The position numbers and the translations under genes are program-made. Source: an uncultured Ruminococcus sp. (GTDB lineage Bacteria; Bacillota; Clostridia; Oscillospirales; Ruminococcaceae). From it: a stretch of 64,000 bases of DNA. Of this stretch, positions 9,938 to 20,801 are shown one piece after another. A model generated the notes under the pieces. The model did not search any database, was not told the origin of the DNA, and saw only the letters and a list, made by a program, of their open reading frames with translations. Every line of letters starts with the position of its first letter. Positions within the stretch are counted from its first letter, which is position 1. The stretch covers positions 74,063-138,062 of the forward strand of contig CADAHS010000001.1 in NCBI GenBank assembly GCA_902787825.1, given 5' to 3'.

Positions 9938-11908
9938 GTGAAGAGATCCAACGGATTATCATTAGTGGTCAGGATAACGATAGCAGCTGTTGCTCTTTCC
10001 GGCCTTATCTCTGCATATCTTCTGAGGAAATCGCCGGATTATTCCGGAAGCGGTAAGGTACTGCTCACTATATGTGTGATATCTGTTCTGCTTCTGATAT
10101 TTGAAGCGATCGTTTTTCAGAACCATACGAAAAGAAGTATAGCCAAGCTCGCTACGCTCATTTCAAGGACCGAAAAGAACTCACTGATGAATTTTCCTGC
10201 CCCGGCAGTGATAATTGATTCCAAGAAAACTATTCTTTGGTATAACAGGCGCTTTGCTAAGGATATTCTGGCAATGGAGGAGGCTTACGGCTGGAGCATA
10301 ACTGATGTCGGTAATATTGATCTTGATAAGGTCTTTACGCCTTCAGGAGATCTTGTGTGCCTGTCTAAGCGCTTTTATGAGGCGAAGGCGGTACATAACG
10401 ATCAGAAGAGTTCACTTGCACTTATCTACTTTAATGATGTATCAGAGTTTATTGAGCTTAAATACGAGACCAGACAGTCACATAAATCAATCATAATCAT
10501 CAGTGTTGATAACTATGATGATATGATGGCAAATATCAGAGAGAGCGAAAAGGCTCACATAGCTGTTGAGATAGAAAAGCTCATAGAGAATTTTGTTGAG
10601 GGAACAACGGCTGTAACCAAAAAGACCTCATCAGACAGATTTTATATATTTATGGAAGAAAGACATCTTGCTCCGAAGATAGAAGCAAGATTCAAGATAC
10701 TTGAAGAAGCAAGAAAGATCTCTATCGGTGACAGAAGCAATATCACCCTGTCGATCGGCGTTGGCAGAGGCGGCGAAAATCTTGCAATCAGCGAGAAGCT
10801 TGCAAAGCAGGCATTAGAGCTTTGCCAGGGCAGAGGCGGCGACCAGGCTGCTGTTCATGAGGACGGAGAGTTCAAGTTCTTCGGCGGCGTTTCCAATTCA
10901 AGTGACAAGAACAATAAGGTCAAGGTCAGAATGGTAGCAAAGGCTATGCTTGAAAGGATATGCTCGTTTGATAAAGTCCTTATCATGGGACACAGATATG
11001 CAGATCTTGATGCTGTGGGTGCTGCAACCGGACTTTGCTGTGCTATAAAACCATTGGTGAGGGAGGCTTATGTCGTTGTTGACCCTGTAAATAACCTATC
11101 AGGCTCTCTTATCGAATATATGAATAATAATGAGATCACAAATTATTATATAACACCACAGGAGGGTATTGAAAAGCTTGACTTCAATACACTGCTTATC
11201 GTTGTGGACACACATAATCCAAAGCTTGTTGAATCATCGGAGATACTGCAAAGAGCCAAGGAAGTCATTGTTATCGACCACCACAGAAGAATGGTCAATG
11301 CTATCGAACCTACGATAATGACCTATCTTGAACCGGGTGCGTCATCAGCAAGTGAACTTGTTACCGATCTTATCGAATATTTCGGCGAAAAGAGCAGGAT
11401 ATCTGTTCATGCTGCAGAGGCATTGCTTGCTGGAATAATGCTGGATACCAAGAACTTTGTTATGAGAACAGGTGCAGGTACTTTTGAAGCTGCGGCTTAT
11501 CTTAAACGTATCGGTGCAGACAGCATCGAGGTCAAAAAGCTGTTTGCAAACTCAATAGAGACATATCACCAGAAATCTGTTATAATCAATTCCGCAGAGA
11601 TCTATCACAAGTGTGCTATCGCTGCAACAAAAGAACAGTTTTCAAATATAAGGATAGCTGCTTCTCAGGCTGCGGACGATATGCTTGGAATAACTAATGT
11701 TGCTGCATCGTTTGTGATGTATGAATCAAATTCTGTGGTGAATATCTCAGCACGAAGCATGGGTGCGGTCAACGTTCAGGTTATAATGGAAGCTCTCGGC
11801 GGCGGCGGACATCACACAATGGCTGCCTCACAGCTGAAAACTTCACTTTCTGATGCAATGAGACAGCTAAAAAATGCAATAGATGATTATATAAGAAATA
11901 ACAGTTGA
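9938..11908 (+). CDS. gdpP: c-di-AMP phosphodiesterase GdpP (2TM-PAS-degenerate GGDEF-DHH/DHHA1)
   Basis: [25 protein letters not shown] motifs; upstream of rplI-dnaB as is usual in Firmicutes. Confidence 0.93.
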   Translation: MKRSNGLSLVVRITIAAVALSGLISAYLLRKSPDYSGSGKVLLTICVISVLLLIFEAIVFQNHTKRSIAKLATLISRTEKNSLMNFPAPAVIIDSKKTILWYNRRFAKDILAMEEAYGWSITDVGNIDLDKVFTPSGDLVCLSKRFYEAKAVHNDQKSSLALIYFNDVSEFIELKYETRQSHKSIIIISVDNYDDMMANIRESEKAHIAVEIEKLIENFVEGTTAVTKKTSSDRFYIFMEERHLAPKIEARFKILEEARKISIGDRSNITLSIGVGRGGENLAISEKLAKQALELCQGRGGDQAAVHEDGEFKFFGGVSNSSDKNNKVKVRMVAKAMLERICSFDKVLIMGHRYADLDAVGAATGLCCAIKPLVREAYVVVDPVNNLSGSLIEYMNNNEITNYYITPQEGIEKLDFNTLLIVVDTHNPKLVESSEILQRAKEVIVIDHHRRMVNAIEPTIMTYLEPGASSASELVTDLIEYFGEKSRISVHAAEALLAGIMLDTKNFVMRTGAGTFEAAAYLKRIGADSIEVKKLFANSIETYHQKSVIINSAEIYHKCAIAATKEQFSNIRIAASQAADDMLGITNVAASFVMYESNSVVNISARSMGAVNVQVIMEALGGGGHHTMAASQLKTSLSDAMRQLKNAIDDYIRNNS

Positions 11909-11925
11909 GAAAGGCGTGTATAATA

Positions 11926-12372
11926 ATGAAAGTTATTCTGATAAAAGACGTTAAAGGTTCGGGGAAAAAGGGCGATGTGCTTAATGTTGCTGACGGATAT
12001 GCAAGAAATTATCTCATTGGTAAGGGCTTTGCGGTTGAAGCAACACAGAAAAATCTCAATGATCTTCAGGGGAAAAAATCTTCCGAGCAGCATAAAATTG
12101 ATGTTGAGATCGCTGATAATAAGGCGATTGTTGAGAAGATCAAGGATAAAGAAATTGTTATCAGGGCAAAGGCAGGACAGGGAGGAAAGCTCTTTGGCGC
12201 TGTGACAGCTGCTGCTGTCAGCGACGAGCTCAAAAAACAGTTCGGCGTTGACGTTGATAAGAAAAAGATCAATCTTTCTTCGGATATAAAGACTTTCGGA
12301 GATTTCAGTGCAGCTGTAAAGCTTACACACGGGGTTGGCTGTGAAATAAAAATAAAAGTTGTAGAGGAATAA
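11926..12372 (+). CDS. rplI: 50S ribosomal protein L9
   Basis: [37 protein letters not shown]. Confidence 0.98.
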   Translation: MKVILIKDVKGSGKKGDVLNVADGYARNYLIGKGFAVEATQKNLNDLQGKKSSEQHKIDVEIADNKAIVEKIKDKEIVIRAKAGQGGKLFGAVTAAAVSDELKKQFGVDVDKKKINLSSDIKTFGDFSAAVKLTHGVGCEIKIKVVEE

Positions 12373-12376
12373 TAAA

Positions 12377-13738
12377 ATGCCCGAACTTAAAGATTATCCT
12401 TCGGTGGATATGCTTGCTTCAGGAGCACAGTATAATCAGGAAGCTGAGATCGCTGTTATAGGTGGTATGCTGTTTGATCCTAAGTGTATAGATAAAGTGG
12501 CAGAACTGATCAAGTCGCCTGATTGCTTTTACAATCAGCTGCATCAGGCATTGTTCTCGATCATTATGCGATTTTATTCTGTCGGAAAGGCAGATGATAT
12601 CGTTTCGATAATAGATGAATCGGTAAAAGCAAATCTGTTTACAAGCTCACAGATGGCAAGAGAATACCTTATGGGACTTGTAAAAAATGTTACCAGCGTT
12701 GCAAATATCGAGAGCCATTGTAAGATCGTGCTTGAAAAGTCGCTTGTGAGAAAGCTTGTATCAGTTTCTGAGTATGCTATAAAGACTGCAAGTGAAAATT
12801 CGGTCACAGCCGATCATCTGCTTGATGATGTTGAACAGAAAATATTTGATATCCGTCAGGGAAGAAACCTTGAAGGACTTACACATATTCAGGAGATCGT
12901 TGTTGATACGCTTGGCCATCTACAGGATATTACAGGTGCAGATGCTTCAGAAAATCTTGGCGCAAGCTCGGGCTTTTCTGACCTTGATGCAATAACTACC
13001 GGTCTTAACAAAACCGACCTTATTATTGTTGCTGCAAGACCTGCAATGGGCAAATCTGCTCTTGCTATAAATATGGCTGTAAACTGCTGTAAAAGCACAA
13101 ACAGAGATATTGCAATATTCTCGCTTGAAATGGGTAAAGAACAGCTCGTTTCCAGAATACTTGCTTCCGAGGCTCGTGTGAATAACACAAACCTCAGAAA
13201 CGGACAGTTAAGTGATGATGACTGGATCAAACTCGCCGAAACTTCCGATATTATCTCGAAAATGCCAATTTACATAGACGACAGCGCAGGAGTTACTGTT
13301 CCGCAGATGAAAGCTAAGCTCAGAAGAATGCGTAATCTCGGACTTGTTGTCGTTGACTATCTTCAGCTTATGGAGTCGCCAAATAAGCACAGCAGCCGTG
13401 TCAACGAGGTATCAGAGATCACAAGACAGCTAAAGCTTATGGCAAAAGACTTGAATGTACCGGTCATTGCCCTTTCACAGCTTTCCAGAAGCTCTGAAAA
13501 GAGAGAGGATAAGCGACCGATGCTTTCAGACCTGAGAGAATCAGGTTCCATAGAGCAGGATGCCGATATCATTATTTTCCTTTACAGAGAGGCATATCAT
13601 GACAAAAATGCCAATCAGTCGTCGGCTGAATGTATAGTTGCAAAGAACCGTCACGGCAGGACCGACAGTGTCGAACTTGGCTGGTGCGGAGAGTATACAC
13701 TGTTTACATCTATCGAAAGATTTGCTAAGTATGATTGA
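12377..13738 (+). CDS. dnaB: Replicative DNA helicase
   Basis: AARPAMGKS, FSLEM, VVDYLQLM, SDLRESGSIEQDAD, AKNRHG. Confidence 0.97.
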   Translation: MPELKDYPSVDMLASGAQYNQEAEIAVIGGMLFDPKCIDKVAELIKSPDCFYNQLHQALFSIIMRFYSVGKADDIVSIIDESVKANLFTSSQMAREYLMGLVKNVTSVANIESHCKIVLEKSLVRKLVSVSEYAIKTASENSVTADHLLDDVEQKIFDIRQGRNLEGLTHIQEIVVDTLGHLQDITGADASENLGASSGFSDLDAITTGLNKTDLIIVAARPAMGKSALAINMAVNCCKSTNRDIAIFSLEMGKEQLVSRILASEARVNNTNLRNGQLSDDDWIKLAETSDIISKMPIYIDDSAGVTVPQMKAKLRRMRNLGLVVVDYLQLMESPNKHSSRVNEVSEITRQLKLMAKDLNVPVIALSQLSRSSEKREDKRPMLSDLRESGSIEQDADIIIFLYREAYHDKNANQSSAECIVAKNRHGRTDSVELGWCGEYTLFTSIERFAKYD

Positions 13739-15074
13739 CAATTTTCTTGACAAGGTATCAGATACCATTGGAAAATTCAATATGTTTGATAAGAGTGAAC
13801 GTTTGTTGGTCTGCCTGTCAGGCGGTGCTGACAGCGTTTCACTCCTTTTGTGTTTAAAAAAACTTGGATATAGAATCCTTGCCTGTCATATCAATCACCA
13901 GCTGAGAGGTGAGGAGAGCGAACGAGATCAGCAGTTCTGTGAACACTTATGTAAAAGTCTTGAAATCGAGCTCAGATCATTTCGTATCGATGTTAAAGGC
14001 TTTTGCACTCAGCACTCTCTTTCTGTGGAGGAGGGAGCAAGGCTGATGCGGTATGAGATCTTTGCGGGTATCCCATGTGATAAGATCTGCACTGCTCATA
14101 CGCTTTCTGATTGTATCGAAACAACAGTTTTCAATCTTGCCAGAGGTACAGGATTAAAAGGACTTTGCTCCATTCCACCAAAGCGTGATAATATCGTAAG
14201 ACCGCTGATCGAGTGTACCAGACAGGAGATAATAGGGTTTCTTTCCGAGCTTGATCAGGAATATGTTACTGATTCAACAAATCTTGAAGATGAGTATACA
14301 AGAAACCGCATAAGGCATAATGTGATCACACAGCTTGAAAGTATAAATCCATCTCTCCTCAAAAGCTATTCAATGACGCTTGAACATCTCAGACATGACG
14401 AAGCTTTTTTAGAAAAGACAGCTCGTGAGGCATATGAAAAATGTTATTCAGAGTGCGGACTTATTCTTTTGGAATTCTGTAAGCTTGATGAATGTATAAA
14501 AGACAGAGTCCTTATGCTTTGGCTGAATGATGAAAAAATAGCCATAACTCACGAAAGACTTGCACTTTTGCGTGAAACTGTTGCTAAAAGAGGAAAACTC
14601 AATATTGCGTCGGGAAAGTTTATTATCGTTGAAAACGGAAAGATAACTGTCAGCAGCGGTGTATCTGTCAGAAAAGAGATACTTCCTGTTAATGTCAGCG
14701 AAAACGGAGATCATACTTTTGGCAGTAGGAATATCCGTATTTGCACAATGAATATTGATGATATTGATACAGATATTTCAAATGTTCATAAAATGTTTGC
14801 AAATTGTTGTCTCGATTATGATAAAATAAAAGGCGGATTGGTCATTCATAAACGTGGCGAAGGTGATACGATCAGACTGGTCAACAGAGGATTTGCTTCT
14901 TCTGTCAGAAAGCTCGTCAATAAAGCCTTTGATCTGAGTCACCGTGATAATGCGGTTATAATGTATGATGATGAGGGTACAGTTTTCGTTGAAGGTTATG
15001 GTGTTGACGAAAGGGTAAAAATCACCAGCGATACCAAACGAATACTTACCTTTGAGATAACCGATATCATATAG
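13731..15074 (+). CDS. tilS: tRNA(Ile)-lysidine synthetase
   Basis: LSGGADS, HINHQLRG, TAHT, RPL, RNRIRH; start ATG 13731 overlaps the dnaB stop. Confidence 0.95.
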   Translation: MIDNFLDKVSDTIGKFNMFDKSERLLVCLSGGADSVSLLLCLKKLGYRILACHINHQLRGEESERDQQFCEHLCKSLEIELRSFRIDVKGFCTQHSLSVEEGARLMRYEIFAGIPCDKICTAHTLSDCIETTVFNLARGTGLKGLCSIPPKRDNIVRPLIECTRQEIIGFLSELDQEYVTDSTNLEDEYTRNRIRHNVITQLESINPSLLKSYSMTLEHLRHDEAFLEKTAREAYEKCYSECGLILLEFCKLDECIKDRVLMLWLNDEKIAITHERLALLRETVAKRGKLNIASGKFIIVENGKITVSSGVSVRKEILPVNVSENGDHTFGSRNIRICTMNIDDIDTDISNVHKMFANCCLDYDKIKGGLVIHKRGEGDTIRLVNRGFASSVRKLVNKAFDLSHRDNAVIMYDDEGTVFVEGYGVDERVKITSDTKRILTFEITDII

Positions 15075-15162
15075 TTATCACATTGATATTATATAATCCT
15101 GATTTGTAAGGAATAATTGTAAGGAAAGTTAACTCGAGAAATTCAGAAAAGGTTGTGATATA

Positions 15163-17106
15163 TTGAAAAATAGCGGTGGAAAGACTCTTTTGATCTATTT
15201 CCTTGTTTCACTGTGTATTGTGGGTGGAATAGTGTTCATGCTCACAAATATGAGCAAAGGCTCGGGAGATAAGAAATATTCGGATATCATGAAGGAGTTT
15301 GATCAACTGAATGTATCTGAGTTTTCCCTTGACCTGGGAAGCGGTGAGCTGAAATATAAGCTCAAAGGCGAGAGCAAGGATACTGCAAGTCACGTTTATA
15401 GTGTCCCGAATGTTTCTCTGTTTGCTAATGAGATCCTTGGCGGAGAGTCAGAAAGCAATTATAGAAAGCGTTATGATGCTGAGAATAAAAACGAACCGTT
15501 GAAATATGACTTGATACCTATATCAGATAATAGTTTCATACTCAGTATGATCCCTACGCTGCTGATGGTCGGAGTTATGATATTCTTCATCATTTTTATG
15601 ATGAAAAGTGCAAACGGCGGAAAAATGTCATCATTCGGTAAATCCAATGCTAAAGTGGCTGCAAACAGCAAAAAAGCGACATTTGCCGATGTTGCAGGTG
15701 CAGATGAGGAAAAGGAAGAACTTCAGGAGATCGTTGATTTTCTGCGTGATAACAAAAAATATATTGAGATCGGCGCAAGGATCCCTAAAGGTGTTCTTCT
15801 CGAGGGTCCTCCGGGTACTGGTAAAACATTGCTTGCAAGAGCTGTCGCAGGCGAAGCAAAAGTGCCATTCTTCTCTATCTCGGGCTCTGATTTCGTAGAG
15901 ATGTTTGTCGGCGTCGGTGCATCAAGAGTCAGAGATCTTTTTGAACAGGCAAAGAAAAATTCACCATCTATCATATTCATAGATGAGATAGATGCCGTCG
16001 GTCGTCAGCGTGGTGCTGGTCTTGGCGGCGGACACGATGAGCGTGAGCAGACACTTAATCAGCTGCTTGTTGAAATGGACGGTTTTGAAGATAACACCTC
16101 TGTTATAGTTATGGCTGCTACAAACAGACGTGATATACTTGACCCTGCGCTTCTCAGACCGGGAAGATTTGACAGACATATCGTTGTCGGCAGACCTGAC
16201 GTTAAGGGAAGAGAAGAGATACTCAAAGTTCATACGAGAAATAAGCCTCTTGGACCGGATGTAGATCTGAAGGTCATTGCAAAGACTACCGCCGGTTTTA
16301 CCGGTGCCGATCTTGAAAACCTTGTAAATGAAGCTTCACTGCTTGCTGCAAGAAATAACAGGAAAGCAATTACTGAAGACGATATTGAGGAAGCTTCGCT
16401 GAAGGTAGTAATGGGTCCTGAGAAGAAATCAAGGATCGTTACAGAAAAGGAAAAACGCCTTACAGCATATCACGAGGGTGGCCACGCACTTTGCCACTAT
16501 TACTGCAAGACTCAAGATGATGTTCATTATGTAACTATAATCCCACGAGGTCAGGCAGGCGGCTTTACAATGTCAAGACCTGAAAAAGATGATATGTTTG
16601 TCAGCAAGAATCAGATGGCAGAAAGCATCATAGTGCTTCTTGGCGGACGTGTTGCTGAAAAGCTTATTCTCGATGATATTTCCACCGGCGCTTCAAATGA
16701 CCTTGAAAGAGCTACTGCAACTGCAAGGGCTATGGTCACAAGATACGGATTTAGTGACAATCTCGGACCTATAGTTTACGGCAGAGGTGAACATGAGGTG
16801 TTCCTCGGAAGAGACTATAGTTCAACTCCTGATTATTCTGATGCAGTTGCTGCTGAGATCGACCACGAGATCAGAACTGTTGTTGAGGACGCTTTTGAAA
16901 AGTGCGAATCTATCCTTAAAGAACATGTTGATAAGCTTCACCAGCTCGCTAATTATCTTATGGAGCATGAAAAGATCGATGGTGAGACCTTTAAAAAGCT
17001 TATGGAAGGAGCCCTTGACGTAAGCAGTGAACCTGTTAAGCTTGATGAGAAAACTGATGTCAAGCATGAGATCAAGGACGAAACTAAGGCTGAGACTGAG
17101 GATTGA
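15163..17106 (+). CDS. ftsH: ATP-dependent zinc metalloprotease FtsH
   Basis: Two TM segments, [38 protein letters not shown]. Confidence 0.98.
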   Translation: MKNSGGKTLLIYFLVSLCIVGGIVFMLTNMSKGSGDKKYSDIMKEFDQLNVSEFSLDLGSGELKYKLKGESKDTASHVYSVPNVSLFANEILGGESESNYRKRYDAENKNEPLKYDLIPISDNSFILSMIPTLLMVGVMIFFIIFMMKSANGGKMSSFGKSNAKVAANSKKATFADVAGADEEKEELQEIVDFLRDNKKYIEIGARIPKGVLLEGPPGTGKTLLARAVAGEAKVPFFSISGSDFVEMFVGVGASRVRDLFEQAKKNSPSIIFIDEIDAVGRQRGAGLGGGHDEREQTLNQLLVEMDGFEDNTSVIVMAATNRRDILDPALLRPGRFDRHIVVGRPDVKGREEILKVHTRNKPLGPDVDLKVIAKTTAGFTGADLENLVNEASLLAARNNRKAITEDDIEEASLKVVMGPEKKSRIVTEKEKRLTAYHEGGHALCHYYCKTQDDVHYVTIIPRGQAGGFTMSRPEKDDMFVSKNQMAESIIVLLGGRVAEKLILDDISTGASNDLERATATARAMVTRYGFSDNLGPIVYGRGEHEVFLGRDYSSTPDYSDAVAAEIDHEIRTVVEDAFEKCESILKEHVDKLHQLANYLMEHEKIDGETFKKLMEGALDVSSEPVKLDEKTDVKHEIKDETKAETED

Positions 17107-17121
17107 TCAAATAATATTATC

Positions 17122-17150
17122 AAAGAGGAGCATTGCGCTCCTCTTTTTTT
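17122..17150 (+). terminator. Intrinsic terminator of ftsH
   Basis: AAAGAGGAGC/GCTCCTCTTT stem plus T run. Confidence 0.85.
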
Positions 17151-17216
17151 GAATCTCCACTTGCAAAAAAGGGAATAATAGTGTATAATCAAAATAAAAG
17201 AGCAAAGGAGAAATTT

Positions 17217-17984
17217 ATGAAGCTTTTGTTTGTCGGAGATGTTGTCGGTGAAAGCGGCTGCAATATGCTTGCCTCTCATCTTTATAAGCTGAAAAAAGAA
17301 TATGAGATAGATATCACTGTTGTCAACGGTGAAAATTCCGCACAGGGAAACGGTATCACTCCACATTCGGCAAACAGGCTGTTTTCAATGGGAGTCGATG
17401 TCATTACCACTGGCAATCACTGTTTCAGACGCAAGGAGATAATGGAGCTTTATGAGTCAAACAATGATCTTCTGCGTCCGGCGAATTTTCCAGATGAAGT
17501 ACAAGGTCACGGAGTTGCGGTCATTGACCTGTTTCCGGTTAAAATTGCTGTCATAAATCTTATAGGTACAATGTACCTTGAACCGGTAGACAACCCGTTC
17601 AATATGGTCGATAAGCTTATAGATGAGCTTGATACACCAAATATTATTGTGGATTTCCATGCTGAAACGACAAGCGAAAAGAAAGCACTTGGCTTCTATC
17701 TTCAAGGCAGGGCAACCGCTGTGCTCGGTACACATACCCATGTTCAGACGGCTGACGAAACGATACTTGCAGATCATACTGCATATATCACTGATGTTGG
17801 CATGACAGGTCCTGAACTGTCGGTACTCGGAGTCGATAAGGATATAGTGATAACAAAGTTCAAAAAACATATTCCTGTAAAATTTGAAGAAAGCAAGGAG
17901 AAGAGCTTTATTAATGCGGTCGTGGTCGATTTCGATGAAAAAAACGGAAAGGCAAGAAGTATTCAAAGACTGATAGTCAGGTGA
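17217..17984 (+). CDS. ymdB: YmdB family (TIGR00282) metallophosphoesterase
   Basis: LFVGDVVG, VNGEN, TGNH, VDFHAETTSEK, GTHTHVQTAD; promoter TTGCAA(17161)-17-TATAAT(17184). Confidence 0.93.
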   Translation: MKLLFVGDVVGESGCNMLASHLYKLKKEYEIDITVVNGENSAQGNGITPHSANRLFSMGVDVITTGNHCFRRKEIMELYESNNDLLRPANFPDEVQGHGVAVIDLFPVKIAVINLIGTMYLEPVDNPFNMVDKLIDELDTPNIIVDFHAETTSEKKALGFYLQGRATAVLGTHTHVQTADETILADHTAYITDVGMTGPELSVLGVDKDIVITKFKKHIPVKFEESKEKSFINAVVVDFDEKNGKARSIQRLIVR

Positions 17985-17999
17985 AAAGGAGGTAATTAA

Positions 18000-18260
18000 A
18001 TGGAGATATTAAAGGTATCATCACGCTCGGTCCCGAACTCAGTTGCAGGAGCTATCGCAGCGGTAGTCAGAGAAAGCGGCAGCGTTGAGGTACAGGCGGT
18101 CGGCGCAGGCGCAGCAAATCAGGCAGTAAAATCTATCGCCATCGCAAGGGGATACCTCGCACCGGCTGGGATCGATCTGATATGCATTCCTGCATTCGGA
18201 CAGGTAATGATAAATGATGATGAGCGAACAGCAATGAGGTTTATTTGCGAACAAAGATGA
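18000..18260 (+). CDS. spoVS: Stage V sporulation protein S
   Basis: MEILKVSSRSVPNSVAGAIA...QAVGAGAANQAVKSIAIARG. Confidence 0.96.
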   Translation: MEILKVSSRSVPNSVAGAIAAVVRESGSVEVQAVGAGAANQAVKSIAIARGYLAPAGIDLICIPAFGQVMINDDERTAMRFICEQR

Positions 18261-18291
18261 AAAAAGGAGATGCGTTTTGCATCTCCTTTTT
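18260..18291. terminator. Bidirectional terminator
   Basis: AAAAAAGGAGATGC-GTTTT-GCATCTCCTTTTT between convergent genes. Confidence 0.85.
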
Positions 18292-18297
18292 GCTTTA

Positions 18298-19446
18298 TCA
18301 GTTTATTGTCCATATCATTGAAGAACGTTTAGGATCAAATTTTGTGATCTCCAGTCTGCCTGATGGCGTGCAGCCGAGTACACGCTTGAAGTCCTTTGAA
18401 CCGACAGTGATAATAAACTGCCTTTTGCCAAGTGAAATAACTCTGAATTTTGCAGGTTCGTGTTCAGAATCAGGATCGATGTAGCCCTTGAGATTCTTTG
18501 CTACAAGGCTTGAGTCAGCTGTCTTCAGACAGAAGCTTCCATCGCTGTTCCAGATAACTTTCATTTTCTGTTCAAGATCCTTGTCCAGCTCAGCAAGGAT
18601 AAGTCCCTTGCTTGAAACTGTTATGCTCAGTCCACTTACAAAACTCTTGAATGAATAGTTTTTGTTTTCAACAATGAAATTACCGCTGTCTGTATTGCAG
18701 TCGTTGTAGAATCTTACCATAAGTGCCATGACATTTTGCTGGGTGTGGATAAGAGTGTTGCTTTCAACGTCATCAAATCTCAGCGGGTCAAGTGATCTGA
18801 CCTGCTTTACAAACTTTGCGGAATAATTCACAAGCTTGTTGAGTGCATCCTGAAATGTATCCTTCTCATAAAGCTTAGACAGCCTTCTGTCAAATGTCTC
18901 TGCCGTGTATACGGTGCAGGTGGTTTTAGCGTGATTTTCAAAGGCGTTGTGAATATTTCCACGTCTGTCCATGCATCTAATGTTAGAAACGTGAACAGGG
19001 CAGCCCATATCAGAAACAAAATGAGCAGCTCTGGCAAAGCACGTCATTGCTTCGTTCTTTTTCCCGCATTTATAAAGTGATACAGCCGAAGCGTAGTTTT
19101 GTTCCATCAGAGTTCTTGCGCTTGGCAGAAATCTTCCGAGCCTGTCTTTGTAATAGCCGTTTGTCTGCGACAATTCTTTCCCTCTTGGTTTGCAGCAAGA
19201 GTAATAATGCATACCTGCACCGTGATCAATGTCTCCGCTCGAATCGGGGGCGGTACAGCCGTCTTCAAGTGTTTTTGTGTAGTCCTTGAAGAATGCAGAT
19301 ATCTTATTCTTCTTTTCCTTGTCAAGCAGTAAAAGTGATTTCTTTATGATATCTCTGTGCGTAACACCGCACCATGCACTTGCTTTTACTGATGTAAGTT
19401 TAAGACAAAGTGCCGCAGCACCTGTATAGGCTAATACTTTTCTCAT
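18298..19446 (-). CDS. Zn-dependent phospholipase C family protein with C-terminal beta-rich domain
   Basis: Leader ending ASA-W, then WCGVTH, PD, HYY, HFVSDMGCPVH, HNAFE (Zn ligand pattern of the PLC/P1 family). Confidence 0.8.
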   Translation of the reverse strand: MRKVLAYTGAAALCLKLTSVKASAWCGVTHRDIIKKSLLLLDKEKKNKISAFFKDYTKTLEDGCTAPDSSGDIDHGAGMHYYSCCKPRGKELSQTNGYYKDRLGRFLPSARTLMEQNYASAVSLYKCGKKNEAMTCFARAAHFVSDMGCPVHVSNIRCMDRRGNIHNAFENHAKTTCTVYTAETFDRRLSKLYEKDTFQDALNKLVNYSAKFVKQVRSLDPLRFDDVESNTLIHTQQNVMALMVRFYNDCNTDSGNFIVENKNYSFKSFVSGLSITVSSKGLILAELDKDLEQKMKVIWNSDGSFCLKTADSSLVAKNLKGYIDPDSEHEPAKFRVISLGKRQFIITVGSKDFKRVLGCTPSGRLEITKFDPKRSSMIWTIN

Positions 19447-19453
19447 ACAACAA

Positions 19454-20053
19454 CTATCCTTTTTTGCTTGATTTTTTCTTTTTCTTTCTCACTGAGTACC
19501 CGAAAGATCCGAGCTTTTTGCCCAATCCGAAATACTCTCCGTGAGAATATGCGAGCAGTCCTGCTTTTTCAAGAGCAAGTCTGCCATTTTCATCTATTAG
19601 TTCATTAGCGATATCAAGTGCAATGATATCAGCTATGAACATATCGTGAGTTCCCAGTTTTACTGTTTCTCTGACTCTGCACTCGATATTTACGGGAGAC
19701 TGAACGATTATCGGAGCCGTAACTTTGCTTGCGCTGTCCGTTGAAAGTCCGGTAAGCTCAAATTTATCGACCTTTCTTCCGGATTTGACTCCGCAGATGT
19801 CCACAGCACGAACCATTTCCTGTGTTGCAAGGTTGATGACAAATTCTTTGCTTTTGCTGATAAGCTCATATGAGTATCTTTCGGGCCTTACGGATATGTA
19901 GGTTACAGGCGGCTGGGTACATAATATACCTGTCCAAGCAACCGTAAAAACGTTTTTTATATCACCATAAGCGCAGCTGACTAATGTCGGCGGTACGGGA
20001 GAAGTGATAACACTGCCTTTCCATGTCTGTTTGGTATATTGTATCATAGCCAT
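19454..20053 (-). CDS. Flavin reductase-like (FMN-binding split barrel) protein
   Basis: PVPPTLVS, NVFTVAWTG, SKEFVINL, SGRKVDKF, IECRV, GTHDMFIA. Start 20053 chosen from the GAGGA RBS. Confidence 0.88.
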   Translation of the reverse strand: MAMIQYTKQTWKGSVITSPVPPTLVSCAYGDIKNVFTVAWTGILCTQPPVTYISVRPERYSYELISKSKEFVINLATQEMVRAVDICGVKSGRKVDKFELTGLSTDSASKVTAPIIVQSPVNIECRVRETVKLGTHDMFIADIIALDIANELIDENGRLALEKAGLLAYSHGEYFGLGKKLGSFGYSVRKKKKKSSKKG

Positions 20054-20054
20054 A

Positions 20055-20408
20055 CTATTGATCCTCTTGTGAGAAGCCATATACCTTGCGGTACATCTGG
20101 TCGTAGTACTTATATAAAAGCTGTACGGAGTTTTCAAGAAAATAGTAATGCTTGATATATGGGATAAGCAGTGCTAAAAGCAATACAGCCAGAGGAATAA
20201 GCGGCAGTGTCTGCCAGATAACTATTGCAAGTATGGTCATTACCGTGCACACTGCAAAAAGGATCATCACAAGAAGGTGTACAAGTCTTTCGTGGGAAAA
20301 GAAAGCTATCTTGTCACGGTGGTAATCCAGCAGCTGCTTCAAATCACAGTTTTCATCGTTAAGACACCGCAGGATATACTCCTTGTATTGTGTCAGATAT
20401 TTAGTCAT
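20055..20408 (-). CDS. Hypothetical 2-TM membrane protein
   Basis: HERLVHLLV...YIKHYYFLENSVQ; GAGGAG RBS; tightly coupled to its neighbours. Confidence 0.75.
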   Translation of the reverse strand: MTKYLTQYKEYILRCLNDENCDLKQLLDYHRDKIAFFSHERLVHLLVMILFAVCTVMTILAIVIWQTLPLIPLAVLLLALLIPYIKHYYFLENSVQLLYKYYDQMYRKVYGFSQEDQ

Positions 20409-20712
20409 CTGCATTCTCCTCAAGCTCAAGGTCAAAGGGTATGGAGTTTTCAAGCGTGATCTTTCTAAGCTTTTCAGATCTTATGCCTTCATTTTCACGC
20501 CTTTTGGCTTCGTTTGCGGCAACGTCCTTGGCTATTGTTTTTGTTACAAGCTTGTCAATGCGTTTATAATGCTTTCCTGCACGCTGAAAAAAGCTTTTAC
20601 GCTTTTGTGGTTTCTTTTTCTTCTGATCGAAAATTATAGCCATAATTGCAGCCAAAGCTCCGACTATTATCGTTTTTTCGGCGTTAGTTTCGACCTTGAA
20701 AGGCACTTTCAT
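20401..20712 (-). CDS. Hypothetical basic protein with one hydrophobic segment
   Basis: GAGGT RBS, overlaps the downstream start by 8 nt, promoter-like TATAAT upstream. Confidence 0.65.
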   Translation of the reverse strand: MKVPFKVETNAEKTIIVGALAAIMAIIFDQKKKKPQKRKSFFQRAGKHYKRIDKLVTKTIAKDVAANEAKRRENEGIRSEKLRKITLENSIPFDLELEENADD

Positions 20713-20801
20713 CGCACATACCTCTTTTCTGTATGCATTCACTTAGATATTATAGCACTAATTATATCATTTTGCAACTGCTTTTTCAAGAAAACTGCGT
20801 G

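Noticed and set aside
15075-15162. Missing hpt between tilS and ftsH (likewise rpe after rsgA, coaBC after rpoZ)
   Set aside because: No pseudogene traces; such rearrangements are common in Clostridia.
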